64,000 bases of DNA from Kibdelosporangium banguiense (GTDB lineage: Bacteria > Actinomycetota > Actinomycetes > Mycobacteriales > Pseudonocardiaceae). The notes beneath the pieces were generated by a model. It had not been told where the DNA came from and ran no database searches. It worked only from the letters and a program-made list of their open reading frames with translations. Location of the stretch: positions 693,203 through 757,202 of the forward strand of contig NZ_JAGINW010000001.1 of NCBI RefSeq assembly GCF_017876405.1, in the 5' to 3' direction. The translations under genes and the position numbers were made by a program. The first letter of the stretch is position 1. Each line of letters begins with the position of its first letter. Below, one piece after another: positions 19,013-29,000 of the stretch.

Positions 19013-19960
19013 TCAGCAGGCGAAGGTCGGTTCCGCCGCTTCCAGTCGCGGCACCGCGATGCCCAGCCGTCGCGCCTCGGCCAGGGTGTCCCGGCAGATC
19101 TCACGCGGCTCCTCGGCGTCGGGGTCGGAGTGCGCCACAAGACTCACGCGCGCGGGCGCGACATGAGCAGTCAGCCAGGCGAGCACAGGGGCCGTCAGCC
19201 AGGTGGGCGCCCGGAACAGCAGCACACCGCCCCGGTGACGTCGCAGGTCAAGGCCGCGTGCCCGCAGGAGCGGCAGCAGTTCGCGGCCGGCCAGCAGCGC
19301 CTCGCGCAGGTCGCCCGTTTCCCCGGCCAACTGGGACAGGGAACCCAGCCGCAGGCCCTGCGAGAACAGGCCGGCGTCCGACACGAAATGGACCCACAGC
19401 CAGCCGCGGAAGTCAGGCTGCTCCTTGAGCCGGAGCCCGGCCTCGCGAAACGCCTGGCGCACGGCCCGCTCCCGGTCGGTCGGGGGCTGGCCGAGGGTGC
19501 CGAAGATGACCGACCGCAGCAGCGCCCCACGCAGCACGCCGTCCGCGTCGAAACCGCCACCGGCCTGGGGAAAGCCCCAGGCGACCTGGTCGACAGGCAG
19601 GGCGCCGATCGCGGCCGGCGGCTCGGTCCAGATGTTGCCGAAGACCAGCACCGTGGCCTGGCCGACACGCGGGGCCAGGAAGGCCGTCGCCTCCGCGAGG
19701 CGGTGGTGCGGCACGCTGAGCACGATCAGATCGAAGTCGTGGTCGGTCTCCAGCGCCTCGCGGTAGCGCACCGGCCACTTCTCGACGACGCGCTGCCCCC
19801 ACACCCGGCGCCGCATATCGAACAGGTCGAGGTCCACTGTGTCCCCGTACGTCGCCGCGCGGCCCGGGCGGACGTAGAACTCGATCTCATGCCCGGCCCG
19901 TTCCAGGACCCAGCCGTAGATGGTGGCGATCACGCCCCGGCCGAACATCAGGATCTTCAC
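19013..19960 (-). CDS. ketopantoate reductase (ApbA/PanE) family NAD(P)-binding protein
   Basis: ORF 19013..20236, trimmed to the GTG at 19960 (VKILMFGRGVIATIYGWVLERAGHEIEFYVRPG, a Rossmann fold). Confidence 0.65.
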   Translation of the reverse strand: MKILMFGRGVIATIYGWVLERAGHEIEFYVRPGRAATYGDTVDLDLFDMRRRVWGQRVVEKWPVRYREALETDHDFDLIVLSVPHHRLAEATAFLAPRVGQATVLVFGNIWTEPPAAIGALPVDQVAWGFPQAGGGFDADGVLRGALLRSVIFGTLGQPPTDRERAVRQAFREAGLRLKEQPDFRGWLWVHFVSDAGLFSQGLRLGSLSQLAGETGDLREALLAGRELLPLLRARGLDLRRHRGGVLLFRAPTWLTAPVLAWLTAHVAPARVSLVAHSDPDAEEPREICRDTLAEARRLGIAVPRLEAAEPTFAC

Positions 19961-19991
19961 ACTGCACCTCGTCGGGGTACGATCGATATCG

Positions 19992-20040
19992 TTTTGGAGA
20001 CTATCTCCACTTTCCAAAATATGGAGGTCATCTCCATTTG
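19992..20040. promoter_or_regulatory. cluster of palindromes (ttttgga-N14-tccaaaa, which nests tggagaCTAtctcca, followed by atggagGTCATctccat) in the divergent region upstream of the TetR gene
   Basis: The arms are perfect reverse complements and share a GGAG...CTCC core. This is a typical layout for TetR operators. Confidence 0.45.
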
Positions 20041-20058
20041 TCAACAAGGGGGTAGCCC

Positions 20059-20634
20059 ATGACCGCCGACAAGCCGCTGCGGGCCGACGCCCAGCGCAAA
20101 CGCGAGGCCCTGCTCGCCACGGCCCGGGAGATCTTCGACGCCGGAGACTTCTTCGACCTGCGCTTCGATGACTTCGCCCGCCTGGCCGGGGTGGGCACAG
20201 GCACGCTGTACCGCCACTTCCCCACCCGGGAAGCACTGGCCGAGGCGGTCTACCACGGAGAAGTCGCCACGCTGCATGACCACGCCCGCCAGCTCCAGGC
20301 CACGCTGCCCGCGGCGGAGGCGTTGGCGACCTTCCTACGCGGCATGGTCGACCACATCGATGCCCACCAGGGCCTCGCCCGGACGCTGGCCACGCTCATG
20401 GCCACGCGCTCGGACGCGCTCACCGAAGGCAGCCGGGCGCTGGAGCAGGCCGTCACCGACCTGGTGGCCGCCGCCATACAGGCGGGCGCCGTTCGCGACG
20501 ACGTGGACGCCGGTGCCGTGATGATGGCACTGCACGGCATCGGCGCGGCCCACGACCGCCCCAACTGGCGTGCCGAGGCCGACGGCGTCATCACCCTCGT
20601 GCTCGACGGCCTGCGCTCAGGAAAGCCTTCCTGA
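20059..20634 (+). CDS. TetR/AcrR family transcriptional regulator
   Basis: The N-terminal HTH reads REALLATAREIFDAGDFFDLRFDDFARLAGVGTGTLYRHFPTREAL. Confidence 0.8.
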   Translation: MTADKPLRADAQRKREALLATAREIFDAGDFFDLRFDDFARLAGVGTGTLYRHFPTREALAEAVYHGEVATLHDHARQLQATLPAAEALATFLRGMVDHIDAHQGLARTLATLMATRSDALTEGSRALEQAVTDLVAAAIQAGAVRDDVDAGAVMMALHGIGAAHDRPNWRAEADGVITLVLDGLRSGKPS

Positions 20635-20654
20635 GCAGGGAAACTGGACACCTG

Positions 20655-21848
20655 TCATTCCGGCAGCATCGGCATCTCGATCCCGGGATCCCGGCCGAGC
20701 AGCTTCGCCCTGGTGACCAATGCAGACCCGAACTTGTCGCGCACGCTGTCGAGCGTCCGGTCCAGGGCGTTGTGCACGTTGTCGTCGAACGGAAGCACGA
20801 GCTGGACGGCATCGGCATCGTCCAGATTGGCCACTGAGATCCCGACCAGGGTCAGCCCTTGCTCTTCGATCAGTGGCATCGCCTTCGTCACCAGCACGCG
20901 CAGCGCACTCAGGATCTCCTCGGTGGCGGACGTCGGCTGCGCCAGGGAGTGCGACCGCGACGCCCGCGTGAAATCGCCGAAACGTAGCCGCAGGACGACT
21001 GTGCGGCCGACACGGTTGGCCGCACGTAGCCGTCGGCTGACGCGATCGACTAACGCGACGACGGTCGCGTCGATCTCGTCGGGCGTGTTCAGGTAACGGC
21101 CTGACGCTCGTTGCGCGCCCATCGAGCGCCGACGACGCCCGACCTGCACGGGCCTGGGGTCGTAGTTGTGCGCGAGCGCGTGCAAGTGACGGCCGAGGGC
21201 GCGGCCGAGCATCGAGACCAACATGGACTCGGGCAGATCGGCCACGTCGCCGACCTTCGCGATGCCGTGCTCCCGCAGTTTGGCCGCGGTCACCTTGCCG
21301 ACGCCCCACAGCCGTTCCACCGCCAGCGGGCGCAGGAAATCCAGCTCCCCGTCGGGTTCCACGATTAGCAGACCGTCTGGTTTGGCCACTCCACTCGCGA
21401 CTTTGGCCAGGAACTTCGTCCGCGCCACGCCGACCGTGATCGGCAGGCCGACCGTGCGCAGGACCTCCGCGCGCAAACGTTTGGCTATCTCGGCCGGGCT
21501 GCCCGCGATCTTGCGCAGCCCGCCGACGTCCAGAAAGGCCTCGTCGATCGACAGGCCCTCGACCAGCGGAGTCGTGTCGCGGAAGACCTCGAAGACGTCC
21601 TTGCTGGCCTTCGAGTAGGCCGACATCCGCGGCGGCACGACAATCGCCTCCGGACACAGCCGCAGCGCCCGCGCACCACCCATCGCCGTGACGACTCCAC
21701 GCCGCTTGGCCTCATAACTGCAGGCCAGCACGACGCCGCCGCCCACGATCACCGGCCTCCCCCGCAGCCGCGGGTCGTCACGCTGCTCGACCGACGCGTA
21801 GAAGGCATCCAAGTCGGCGTGCAAGATGGTAGCACCGGTCACGAACAT
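20655..21848 (-). CDS. dinB: DNA polymerase IV (Y-family translesion polymerase)
   Basis: ILHADLDAFYASVEQRDDPRLRGRPVIVGG...SIDEAFLDV...LPITVGVARTKFLAKVAS...RLWGVGKVTAAKL. These are canonical DinB motifs. Confidence 0.9.
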   Translation of the reverse strand: MFVTGATILHADLDAFYASVEQRDDPRLRGRPVIVGGGVVLACSYEAKRRGVVTAMGGARALRLCPEAIVVPPRMSAYSKASKDVFEVFRDTTPLVEGLSIDEAFLDVGGLRKIAGSPAEIAKRLRAEVLRTVGLPITVGVARTKFLAKVASGVAKPDGLLIVEPDGELDFLRPLAVERLWGVGKVTAAKLREHGIAKVGDVADLPESMLVSMLGRALGRHLHALAHNYDPRPVQVGRRRRSMGAQRASGRYLNTPDEIDATVVALVDRVSRRLRAANRVGRTVVLRLRFGDFTRASRSHSLAQPTSATEEILSALRVLVTKAMPLIEEQGLTLVGISVANLDDADAVQLVLPFDDNVHNALDRTLDSVRDKFGSALVTRAKLLGRDPGIEMPMLPE

Positions 21849-21952
21849 ATGTTCGCATACTCAAAGTCATCGCGGCATCGATGAGTTTTCCGGCGTGCCG
21901 TCGTTTCACGTGTTAGACCGACCAACACAACACACTCTCCAAGGAGATCACG

Positions 21953-22360
21953 ATGGACTGGAAGCTCGAGGTCGTGGTGGTGCCGGTGACCGACATCGAC
22001 CGGGCGAAGGCGTTCTACACCGACAACGCCGGCTTCACCCTGGACGTCGACTTCAGCGCGGGCGAGGACTTCCGGATCGTGCAGCTGACCCCGCCGGGGT
22101 CCAAGTGCTCGATCACCCTGATGCGCAACGACGAGTACGCCGGGCACATGATGGGCCTGCAGGTGGTCGTCAACGACATCGACGCCGCGCACGCCGAGGC
22201 CAAGGGCCGTGGCGTCGAGGTCGGCGAGATCCACTGGTACCAGGACGGCGTGCCCACGCCGGGCCACCATCCGGAGCGCGCGGACTTCGGCACCTTCTTC
22301 GCGTTCGACGACCCGGACGGCAACAAGTGGCTGATCCAGGAAGTCGGCAAAGTCCAGTGA
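21953..22360 (+). CDS. VOC family (glyoxalase/bleomycin-resistance fold) protein
   Basis: The 135-aa ORF reads LEVVVVPVTDIDRAKAFYTDNAGFTLD...GNKWLIQE. Confidence 0.75.
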   Translation: MDWKLEVVVVPVTDIDRAKAFYTDNAGFTLDVDFSAGEDFRIVQLTPPGSKCSITLMRNDEYAGHMMGLQVVVNDIDAAHAEAKGRGVEVGEIHWYQDGVPTPGHHPERADFGTFFAFDDPDGNKWLIQEVGKVQ

Positions 22361-23283
22361 TCCAGTTCGAACAACACCGGCGTGAGCTGCACGTTCACTG
22401 CTACCGGATGCTGGCGTCCTTCGACGAGGCGGAGGACGCCGTGCAGGAGACGTTCCTGCGGGCGTGGCGCAGCCGCGAGACGTTCGACGGCAGCGCGCAG
22501 TTCCGGGCCTGGCTGTACAAGATCGCGACCAACACCTGCCTGGACCTGATCCGGCGGCGATCGCGGCAGGTCCAGGTGATGGAGTCGTTCGCCGAGGTGC
22601 CCTGGTTGCAGCCGTACCCCGACAAGTTGCTCAACGAGATGGCGCCCGCGCAGGACGAGCCAGACTCGGTGGCGGTGGACCGGGAGACGATCGAGCTGAT
22701 GTTCATCGCCGCCATGCAGCTGTTGCCGGCCAGGCAACGGGCCGCGTTCATCGCGCGGGACGTGCTGGACTGGTCGGCCAAGGAAACGGCAGCGCTGCTC
22801 GAGACCAGCGTCGCGGCGGCCAACAGTGCGTTGCAGCGGGCCCGCGTCACCATGCAGGAGAACCTGTCGCGGGAACGTGGGGAATGGACCGCGGCTGAGC
22901 TGAGCGACGAAGAACGGGACCTGCTGGCGAAGTTCATCGACGCGCACGAACGGCTCGACGCCGAGGCGGCCATCGCGATCTCGGCGAAGGACATCCGCGT
23001 CACCATGCCGCCGTTGCCTGCCTGCTTCGACGGGCTGGACAGGGTCAAGACGCTGATGGACCGTGCGTTCGGGCCGGAGCGTGACGGCGACTGGCGGCTC
23101 GTTCCGACGCTGGCCAACCGGATGCCGACGGCCGCGAGTTACCTGCGCCGGCCTGGGGATACCCAGTTCCGTGCGTTCAAGTTCGACGTCCTGCGGACAC
23201 GGGACGGCAAGATCGCCGAGATCACCACCTTCGGCTCTGGGATGTTCGAACACTTCGGCCTCGCCGAAATTCTCGGCGAGTGA
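22356..23283 (+). CDS. ECF sigma factor with a C-terminal SnoaL/NTF2-like extension (SigJ-like)
   Basis: The GTG at 22356 overlaps the VOC stop (GTGA). Region 2 reads ELHVHCYRMLASFDEAEDAVQETFLRAWRSRETFDGSAQFRAWLYKIATNTCLDLIRRR. Region 4 reads LPARQRAAFIARDVLDWSAKETAALLETSVAAANSALQRAR. About 140 further C-terminal residues follow. Confidence 0.7.
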
Positions 23284-23342
23284 ATGTCGATCCGGCGCCC
23301 GCCGGATCGACGCACTGGTGTCAACGCAGTCAACGAAGGGGA

Positions 23343-24860
23343 ATGACCATGCGCAAAGGCTTACTGACGCTCGTCGTCACAGGCCTGCTCGCCGGGTCCA
23401 CTGGGATGGCCTCCGCTGGCGAGAACGGTGTCGTGTGGACGGACGCAGGCCCCATCCGGGGCACGGTCGCCACAGATCACCAGCTGTACCAAGGAATTCC
23501 GTTCGCCGCACCACCAGTCGGCGAGCTGCGGTGGCGTTCACCGCAGCCCGTCCAGCCGTGGTCTGCCGTCAGAGACGCAACAAAGCCCGGCGGCGCCTGC
23601 GCTCAGACAAACGGCGGCGTCGCCGCGACCGACAATGAGGACTGTCTCTATCTGAACGTGACCACGCCTTCGCGGCACGGCCGTAAGCCGGTCATGGTGT
23701 ACCTGCACGGTGGTGGCAACAGCTACCTGACCGCTGGCGGCATCAACGGCGCGCGTATCGCGACACAAGGCGATGTCGTTGTGGTGACCACGAACTTCCG
23801 CCTGGGCTTCTTCGGCTTCCTCGGCCATCCCGGATTGCCCAACTCGGGTGCTTACGGAATCGAGGACCAGCAGGCGGCCCTGCGTTGGGTGCAGCGCAAT
23901 GCGGCGGCTTTCGGCGGCGATCCGGGCAATGTGACCGTGTTCGGTGAATCCGGCGGTGCGTTCGACGTATGCGCACAGTTGGCTGCGCCTGGGTCGCGGG
24001 GTCTGTTCCACCGCGCTATCGCGCAAAGCGGCGGCTGCTCGATCACCTGGCCTGCCAACGGGGTGGTCCACGGGTTCCCGGCCAGCTCGCCGTGGATCGC
24101 CAAGGCCAAGGCGGAGGCCGACGGCGTCGCGCTGGCGACCCAGCTCGGCTGCTCTACTGTGGACTGCCTGCGGGCGTTGCCGGCTTCGGCGTTCACCGCC
24201 ATCGAGCGTGGGCCGACACCGGTCGTGGTCGGCAACAAGGTCCTGCCGATCCATCCGGCTGAGGCGCTGGCGCAGGGCAGGTTCAACCATGTGCCGGTGA
24301 TCTGGGGCAACACTCGCGACGAGGCCAGGCTGACCGCCGGGCTGATTCCGCCCCCGTTCGACTACCACGGCCTGCTGGTCCAGGCATTCGGCGACGGCAA
24401 GGCCGCACTGGTCGAGGCCGAGTATCCCGCCGGTAGGTACGGATCGGACCGCCTGGCATACGCCGCCGCACTGACCGATGGTGTGTGGGTTTGTGCCCAG
24501 CTCGCGGACGACCGGCTGCTGGCTCGCCGCGTTCCGACCTACGGCTACGAGTTCGCAGACCGGACCGCGCCCTCGGGTTTCTTCAAGGACATGCTCCCGC
24601 CCGGTTTCCCGGCCGGTGCGTTCCACTCCTCGGAGCTGCCGTACCTGTTCGACACACCGCTGTTCGATCTGAACGCCTCGCAGCGCACACTCTCCGACCA
24701 GATGATCTCCTACTGGACGCGCTTCGCCAGGACAGGCAACCCGAACGGACACGGCCTGCCGTACTGGCCCAAGAACACGGTCCAGTCGCTCGCGCCGGAC
24801 GCCATCAGGCAGGTCGACGCCTACCAGGAGCACAACTGCGGTTTCTGGGCCGGTTTGTAG
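23343..24860 (+). CDS. secreted type-B carboxylesterase/lipase
   Basis: The ATG at 23343 follows a GAAGGGGA RBS. There is a signal peptide (MTMRKGLLTLVVTGLLAGSTGMASA). Motifs are GIPFAAPPVGELRW, YLHGGG and FGESGGAF. It is a paralog of 6190..7644. Confidence 0.85.
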   Translation: MTMRKGLLTLVVTGLLAGSTGMASAGENGVVWTDAGPIRGTVATDHQLYQGIPFAAPPVGELRWRSPQPVQPWSAVRDATKPGGACAQTNGGVAATDNEDCLYLNVTTPSRHGRKPVMVYLHGGGNSYLTAGGINGARIATQGDVVVVTTNFRLGFFGFLGHPGLPNSGAYGIEDQQAALRWVQRNAAAFGGDPGNVTVFGESGGAFDVCAQLAAPGSRGLFHRAIAQSGGCSITWPANGVVHGFPASSPWIAKAKAEADGVALATQLGCSTVDCLRALPASAFTAIERGPTPVVVGNKVLPIHPAEALAQGRFNHVPVIWGNTRDEARLTAGLIPPPFDYHGLLVQAFGDGKAALVEAEYPAGRYGSDRLAYAAALTDGVWVCAQLADDRLLARRVPTYGYEFADRTAPSGFFKDMLPPGFPAGAFHSSELPYLFDTPLFDLNASQRTLSDQMISYWTRFARTGNPNGHGLPYWPKNTVQSLAPDAIRQVDAYQEHNCGFWAGL

Positions 24861-24878
24861 GGCTGCGATGATCTGCGC

Positions 24879-25640
24879 GTGGAACTTCGTACCGTCGAGG
24901 CGACTCGATATGTCACCCCGCTGCGTGAGGGCGGCTCGCTGCCAGGCCTGATCGAGGCCGACGACCTGGGGATGTACGTGCTGAAGTTCCGTGGCGCCGG
25001 GCATGGGCTCAAGGCCCTGACGGCCGAGATCATCGTGGGCGAGCTGGCCCGCAGGCTGGGGTTCCGGGTTCCGGAGATCGTCTTGGTGAACCTGGACCCC
25101 GCGCTGTCGAAGGCCGAGCCCGACCAGGAGGTGCAGGAGCTGCTGGCCACCAGCGGCGGGCTGAATCTCGGCTTCGACTACCTGCCCGGATCGTTCGACT
25201 TCAACCCGGTCATCCGTGATCCGGGTGCTGAGCTGGCGTCCCGGCTGCTGTGGCTGGACGCGTTGACGTTGAATGTGGACCGCAGCTGGCGTAACCCGAA
25301 TCTTCTGCTGTGGCATCGTGATGTCTGGCTGATCGACCATGGCGCGGCGCTGTACTTCCACCACAACTTCCGGCCTGGTTGGAAACCCGCTGACAGCTAC
25401 CGCTTCGACGCACACGACCACGTGATGCTGCCCGCCGCCGGGCCGCTTTCGAACTTGGACGTGACCTCGCAGATGCTCACCGAAGTGCTGGAGCTGGTAC
25501 CCGACGACTGGCTCGAGTCCGACGGGATCTTCACCGCCACGCAGGCCAGGGCCGCGTATCTGGAGTTCTTCGAATCGCGGTTGGCGCACGCGTCGTCGTG
25601 GCTCAACGACTTGGAGGCCGCTCGTGCCGCACGTGTTTGA
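24879..25640 (+). CDS. HipA-like kinase family protein (HipA C-terminal-like fold)
   Basis: The 253-aa protein has a catalytic-loop-like NVDRSWRNPNLLLW and a DFG-like DHGAALYF. The N-terminus reads PLREGGSLPGLIEADDLGMYVLKF. Confidence 0.55.
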   Translation: MELRTVEATRYVTPLREGGSLPGLIEADDLGMYVLKFRGAGHGLKALTAEIIVGELARRLGFRVPEIVLVNLDPALSKAEPDQEVQELLATSGGLNLGFDYLPGSFDFNPVIRDPGAELASRLLWLDALTLNVDRSWRNPNLLLWHRDVWLIDHGAALYFHHNFRPGWKPADSYRFDAHDHVMLPAAGPLSNLDVTSQMLTEVLELVPDDWLESDGIFTATQARAAYLEFFESRLAHASSWLNDLEAARAARV

Positions 25641-25998
25641 GTACGCGGTGCTGCGGGCCGTCCCACGCCAGGACCGCGGCGAGTTCATGAACGTCGGCGT
25701 GCTGCTCTACTGCGCGCCCCAGGACTTCCTGCGCTGCAAAACGCAGGTGATCGACGACCGGCTGCGTGCCCTGGATCCGGAAATCGACCTGGATCTGTTG
25801 CACGACAGCCTGCGGCTGTGGTGCGGGGCCTGCGACGGCTCCACCACCGCCCAGGTGAAAACGACCTCGCTGGGCCAGCGGTTCCGCTGGCTGACCGCAC
25901 CCCGCAGCACACTGCTGCAGACCTCGCCGACGCACACCGGCTTCACCGAGGATCCGGCCGGGGAACTAGACCGGCTGTGGCAGGCACTGGTGCTCTGA
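25624..25998 (+). CDS. DUF3037-like small protein
   Basis: The GTG at 25624 overlaps the upstream gene by 17 nt. The protein reads MPHVFEYAVLRAVPRQDRGEFMNVGVLLYCAPQDFLRC... Confidence 0.5.
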   Translation: MPHVFEYAVLRAVPRQDRGEFMNVGVLLYCAPQDFLRCKTQVIDDRLRALDPEIDLDLLHDSLRLWCGACDGSTTAQVKTTSLGQRFRWLTAPRSTLLQTSPTHTGFTEDPAGELDRLWQALVL

Positions 25999-26073
25999 CC
26001 AGCATAAAGAGACGCGCTCACCAAGCTGGAGGACTCGGTGAACGCGCTCCGCCTGCAAGGTTATCGCGTCCGG

Positions 26074-29000
26074 TCAACTTTCCCTGATGGCCGACGCGAT
26101 TGAGTCGACTCGGTCGGCCAGAAGTCCGACTGCGCCCACTGCGCGGCTCATGGGGTCGTCGTCGTTGCCGCCGAGTGCGCGTTCCCGGACGTAGGCGGCC
26201 TTGACCTCGGCCCAGCGCTTGGCCTGTTGCGGGGTCAGGGTGCCGCGGAGTTCGGCGAGTTTGAGCAGGTTGGACTCGGCGCCGGAGGTCAAGGTCTGGG
26301 CCTCGGCCAGGTAATGGTTGTCGACGACCGCGGCCAGTTCGGCGTCGTTCATCGCGGGGACGATCTTCTCGGCCAGCTTGTTCATGTTGCGGTACGAGCC
26401 CTGGAGCTGGAATGGGGGCTCGGTGCGGGAGGCGTCGCTCTGAGCGGCTGAAGCGATGTACGCCTGGTTGTTGGCGAGAACGACCTGCTGCACGGTCAAC
26501 AGCTTGCGCAGCACCGAAAGGACCTGGTCCAGCTCGACTGACGAGTACGGGTGCGCGAGTTGGTCGGGACGGATCGCAGGGTCGCCCTTGGCCAGCCGGA
26601 CCAGTTTGGGCACGTCGTCCCGGTCTCGTGTGGACAGTGGGGTGAGCACTGGGTTGGAGGTCAGCGAGTTCTCGACGAAACTCAGGGCGAACAGGTCTTC
26701 CTTGCCCGACAGCACATCGCCGAGGTTCCAGACGTCCGCACGGTTGGCCAGCATGTCGGGGATCCGGAAGCGCTGGCCGGACTCGGTGTACGGGTTGCCG
26801 GCCATGCAGACGGCGAAACGCTTGCCGCGCAGGTCGTACGTCTTGGTCCGGCCTTTCCAGACGCCTTCCATCCGGCGCTGGGCGTCGCAGAGTGAGATGA
26901 ACTTCTGCAGCAGCTCGGGTGAGGTGTGCTGGATGTCGTCCAGGTACAGCAGGACGTTGCTGCCCATCTCCAGGGCGAAGGTGATCTTCTCGATCTCCTG
27001 GCGGGCAGTCGCGTTCGGGGCTTCGGCAGGGTCGACGGACGTCACGGCGTGTCCCAAGGCTGGGCCGTTGACCTTGACGAACACCAGGCCGAGCCGGTTG
27101 GCCACGTACTCCATCAAGGTGGTCTTGCCGTAGCCGGGCGGCGAGATGAGCAGCAGCAGGCCCATCTGGTCGGTACGTTTGCTGTCACCGGCCGTGCCGA
27201 GCTGCTTGGCGAGGTTGTCGCCGATCAAAGGCAAGTACACCTCGTCGAGCAAGCCGTTGCGCACGAAGGCGCTCATCACCTTCGGCTGAAACTCCTCGAA
27301 CCGCAAGCCACGACGGGAAGACTCGACCAGGGCGGCGCGTTTCTGTTGGTACGCACGGAAAGCCGGAACGCGGGTAGCGTGGAACTGCCTGGTCCGGGCG
27401 AGCAACTCATCCAGCCGGAACGACAGTTTGCGGTCGATGATCCTGGGGTGCGCGCCGAGCAGGCCGTCGACCGTGGCGTCCAAGGTCGCCGACGAGTCGT
27501 GCCGCGCAACGTCCCGGCACAGCTCGATCGCGATGGCCTCAGGCAATTCGGCGCTGGTCTCCCCCGTGCTGGCGAGGAACGCGCTCAGCCAAGCCGAGAT
27601 CAGCTGGTAGCGGTCGGCGAGGTCCTCGATGGAACGCAGGTCGTCGTCGAACTCCTGGGCGGCTTTCGCTTGCGTGCCAAGCGTCCGGCGGAATCGGTCG
27701 ACCAAGGACCGGGCCGCGGCGCTGGTGGCGAAGCCAAAGGGCGCACTCGACAGTTCTTCGAACAAGTACTCGCCGGACAGTGGATCGGCGATGTCGAGAC
27801 CCCTGCTCTGCAAGAACGAAGAGATCTCAGTAGTCAGTTCGCCGGCCAGAAGGTCGATCGCCGGGGTGTGTCCGAAAACAGCCCGGGCGCGTGCCAGCGA
27901 CGACGCTCGCCGAGTCCACATCGACTTCGCGGCGTCGTCGGGACCGAAGGCCCAGAAAATCGTTGCGGCGGCGCGGGCTTGCGGCTGGTAGCGCAGCACA
28001 CCGACGCCGGCCCGCAAGCGCAGCACGGCTTCGAGAATGCGAGCAGCGTCGTGATCATGCACGCCGCGCTCGTAGCCTTCGTCGTAACGCGTCTCAGCGA
28101 CCGTGCGGACGTGCTCGAGCAGCGCGTCCTCCTCCAATGCAGGCGCGGACGCAAGTACAGCTGTGGCAAGGAATTCGCCGCGGTAGACCTTGGACGTCTC
28201 GGATACCAGCAGCTGGTTCCACAACGGCCGGGTCGTCTCGAACTCCGGGTCGTTCACCGGATCGCGGAAGTCCGTGCCGGTGATGCCGACCGCGAGGCCG
28301 GATTCGTGGGGCACCAACGTCAGGTCCATGGCCTGGGTGTTCACCGCGAACACGTGCCGGCCGAGCTTGATCGTCTCGCCGCCGTCGGCGTACAGGTCGA
28401 GGCGGTCCCGCAGCGACCGGCCCGCCTCCTGGCGTGCAGCCTTGATCCGGCCGTCCAGTTCGTCAGCCCGGACCTGGTCGCCAAGCGCGCGCAGGTCGTC
28501 AGCTACCGACCGCAGCTTCGCGACCATCGGGTCGCCCGCGAAGTAGGTGTTGACGTCGTCCAACGTCGCGAGCGTGCCCGCGCGCCGCTGCACGCTGCCA
28601 AGAATGCGGTTGGCCGACTCCGCAAGCCGGTCCGCGCGGCGTGCCCGCTCGTCCAGCAATGCCTGTTTACGCGCGGAAAACGCCTCGTAGACATCGGTCC
28701 GCTTGGCGCCGAGTTCGCTCATGAAGTCGTCGAACTCGCCGAACCGGGACTCCAGGTTCTCCAGTTGCAGCATCAGCCGGCCGAGGCCCTCGTCGCAGCG
28801 CTGCGGCGTGTCGGCGACCGCCAGCGCGCCGGTGATCGCCTGGCCCAGCAGGGCGAACTCGGCCGCGAACTCAGCACGGCCCTCGCTGGCCGACAGCTCG
28901 CGACGACGTCCGTCCACAGTGGCTCGGGCGCGGTTGATCCCGCCGAGCACCTCGCTGACACGGGACAGAATCCCAGTACGCACGGTCGCATCAGCGATCT

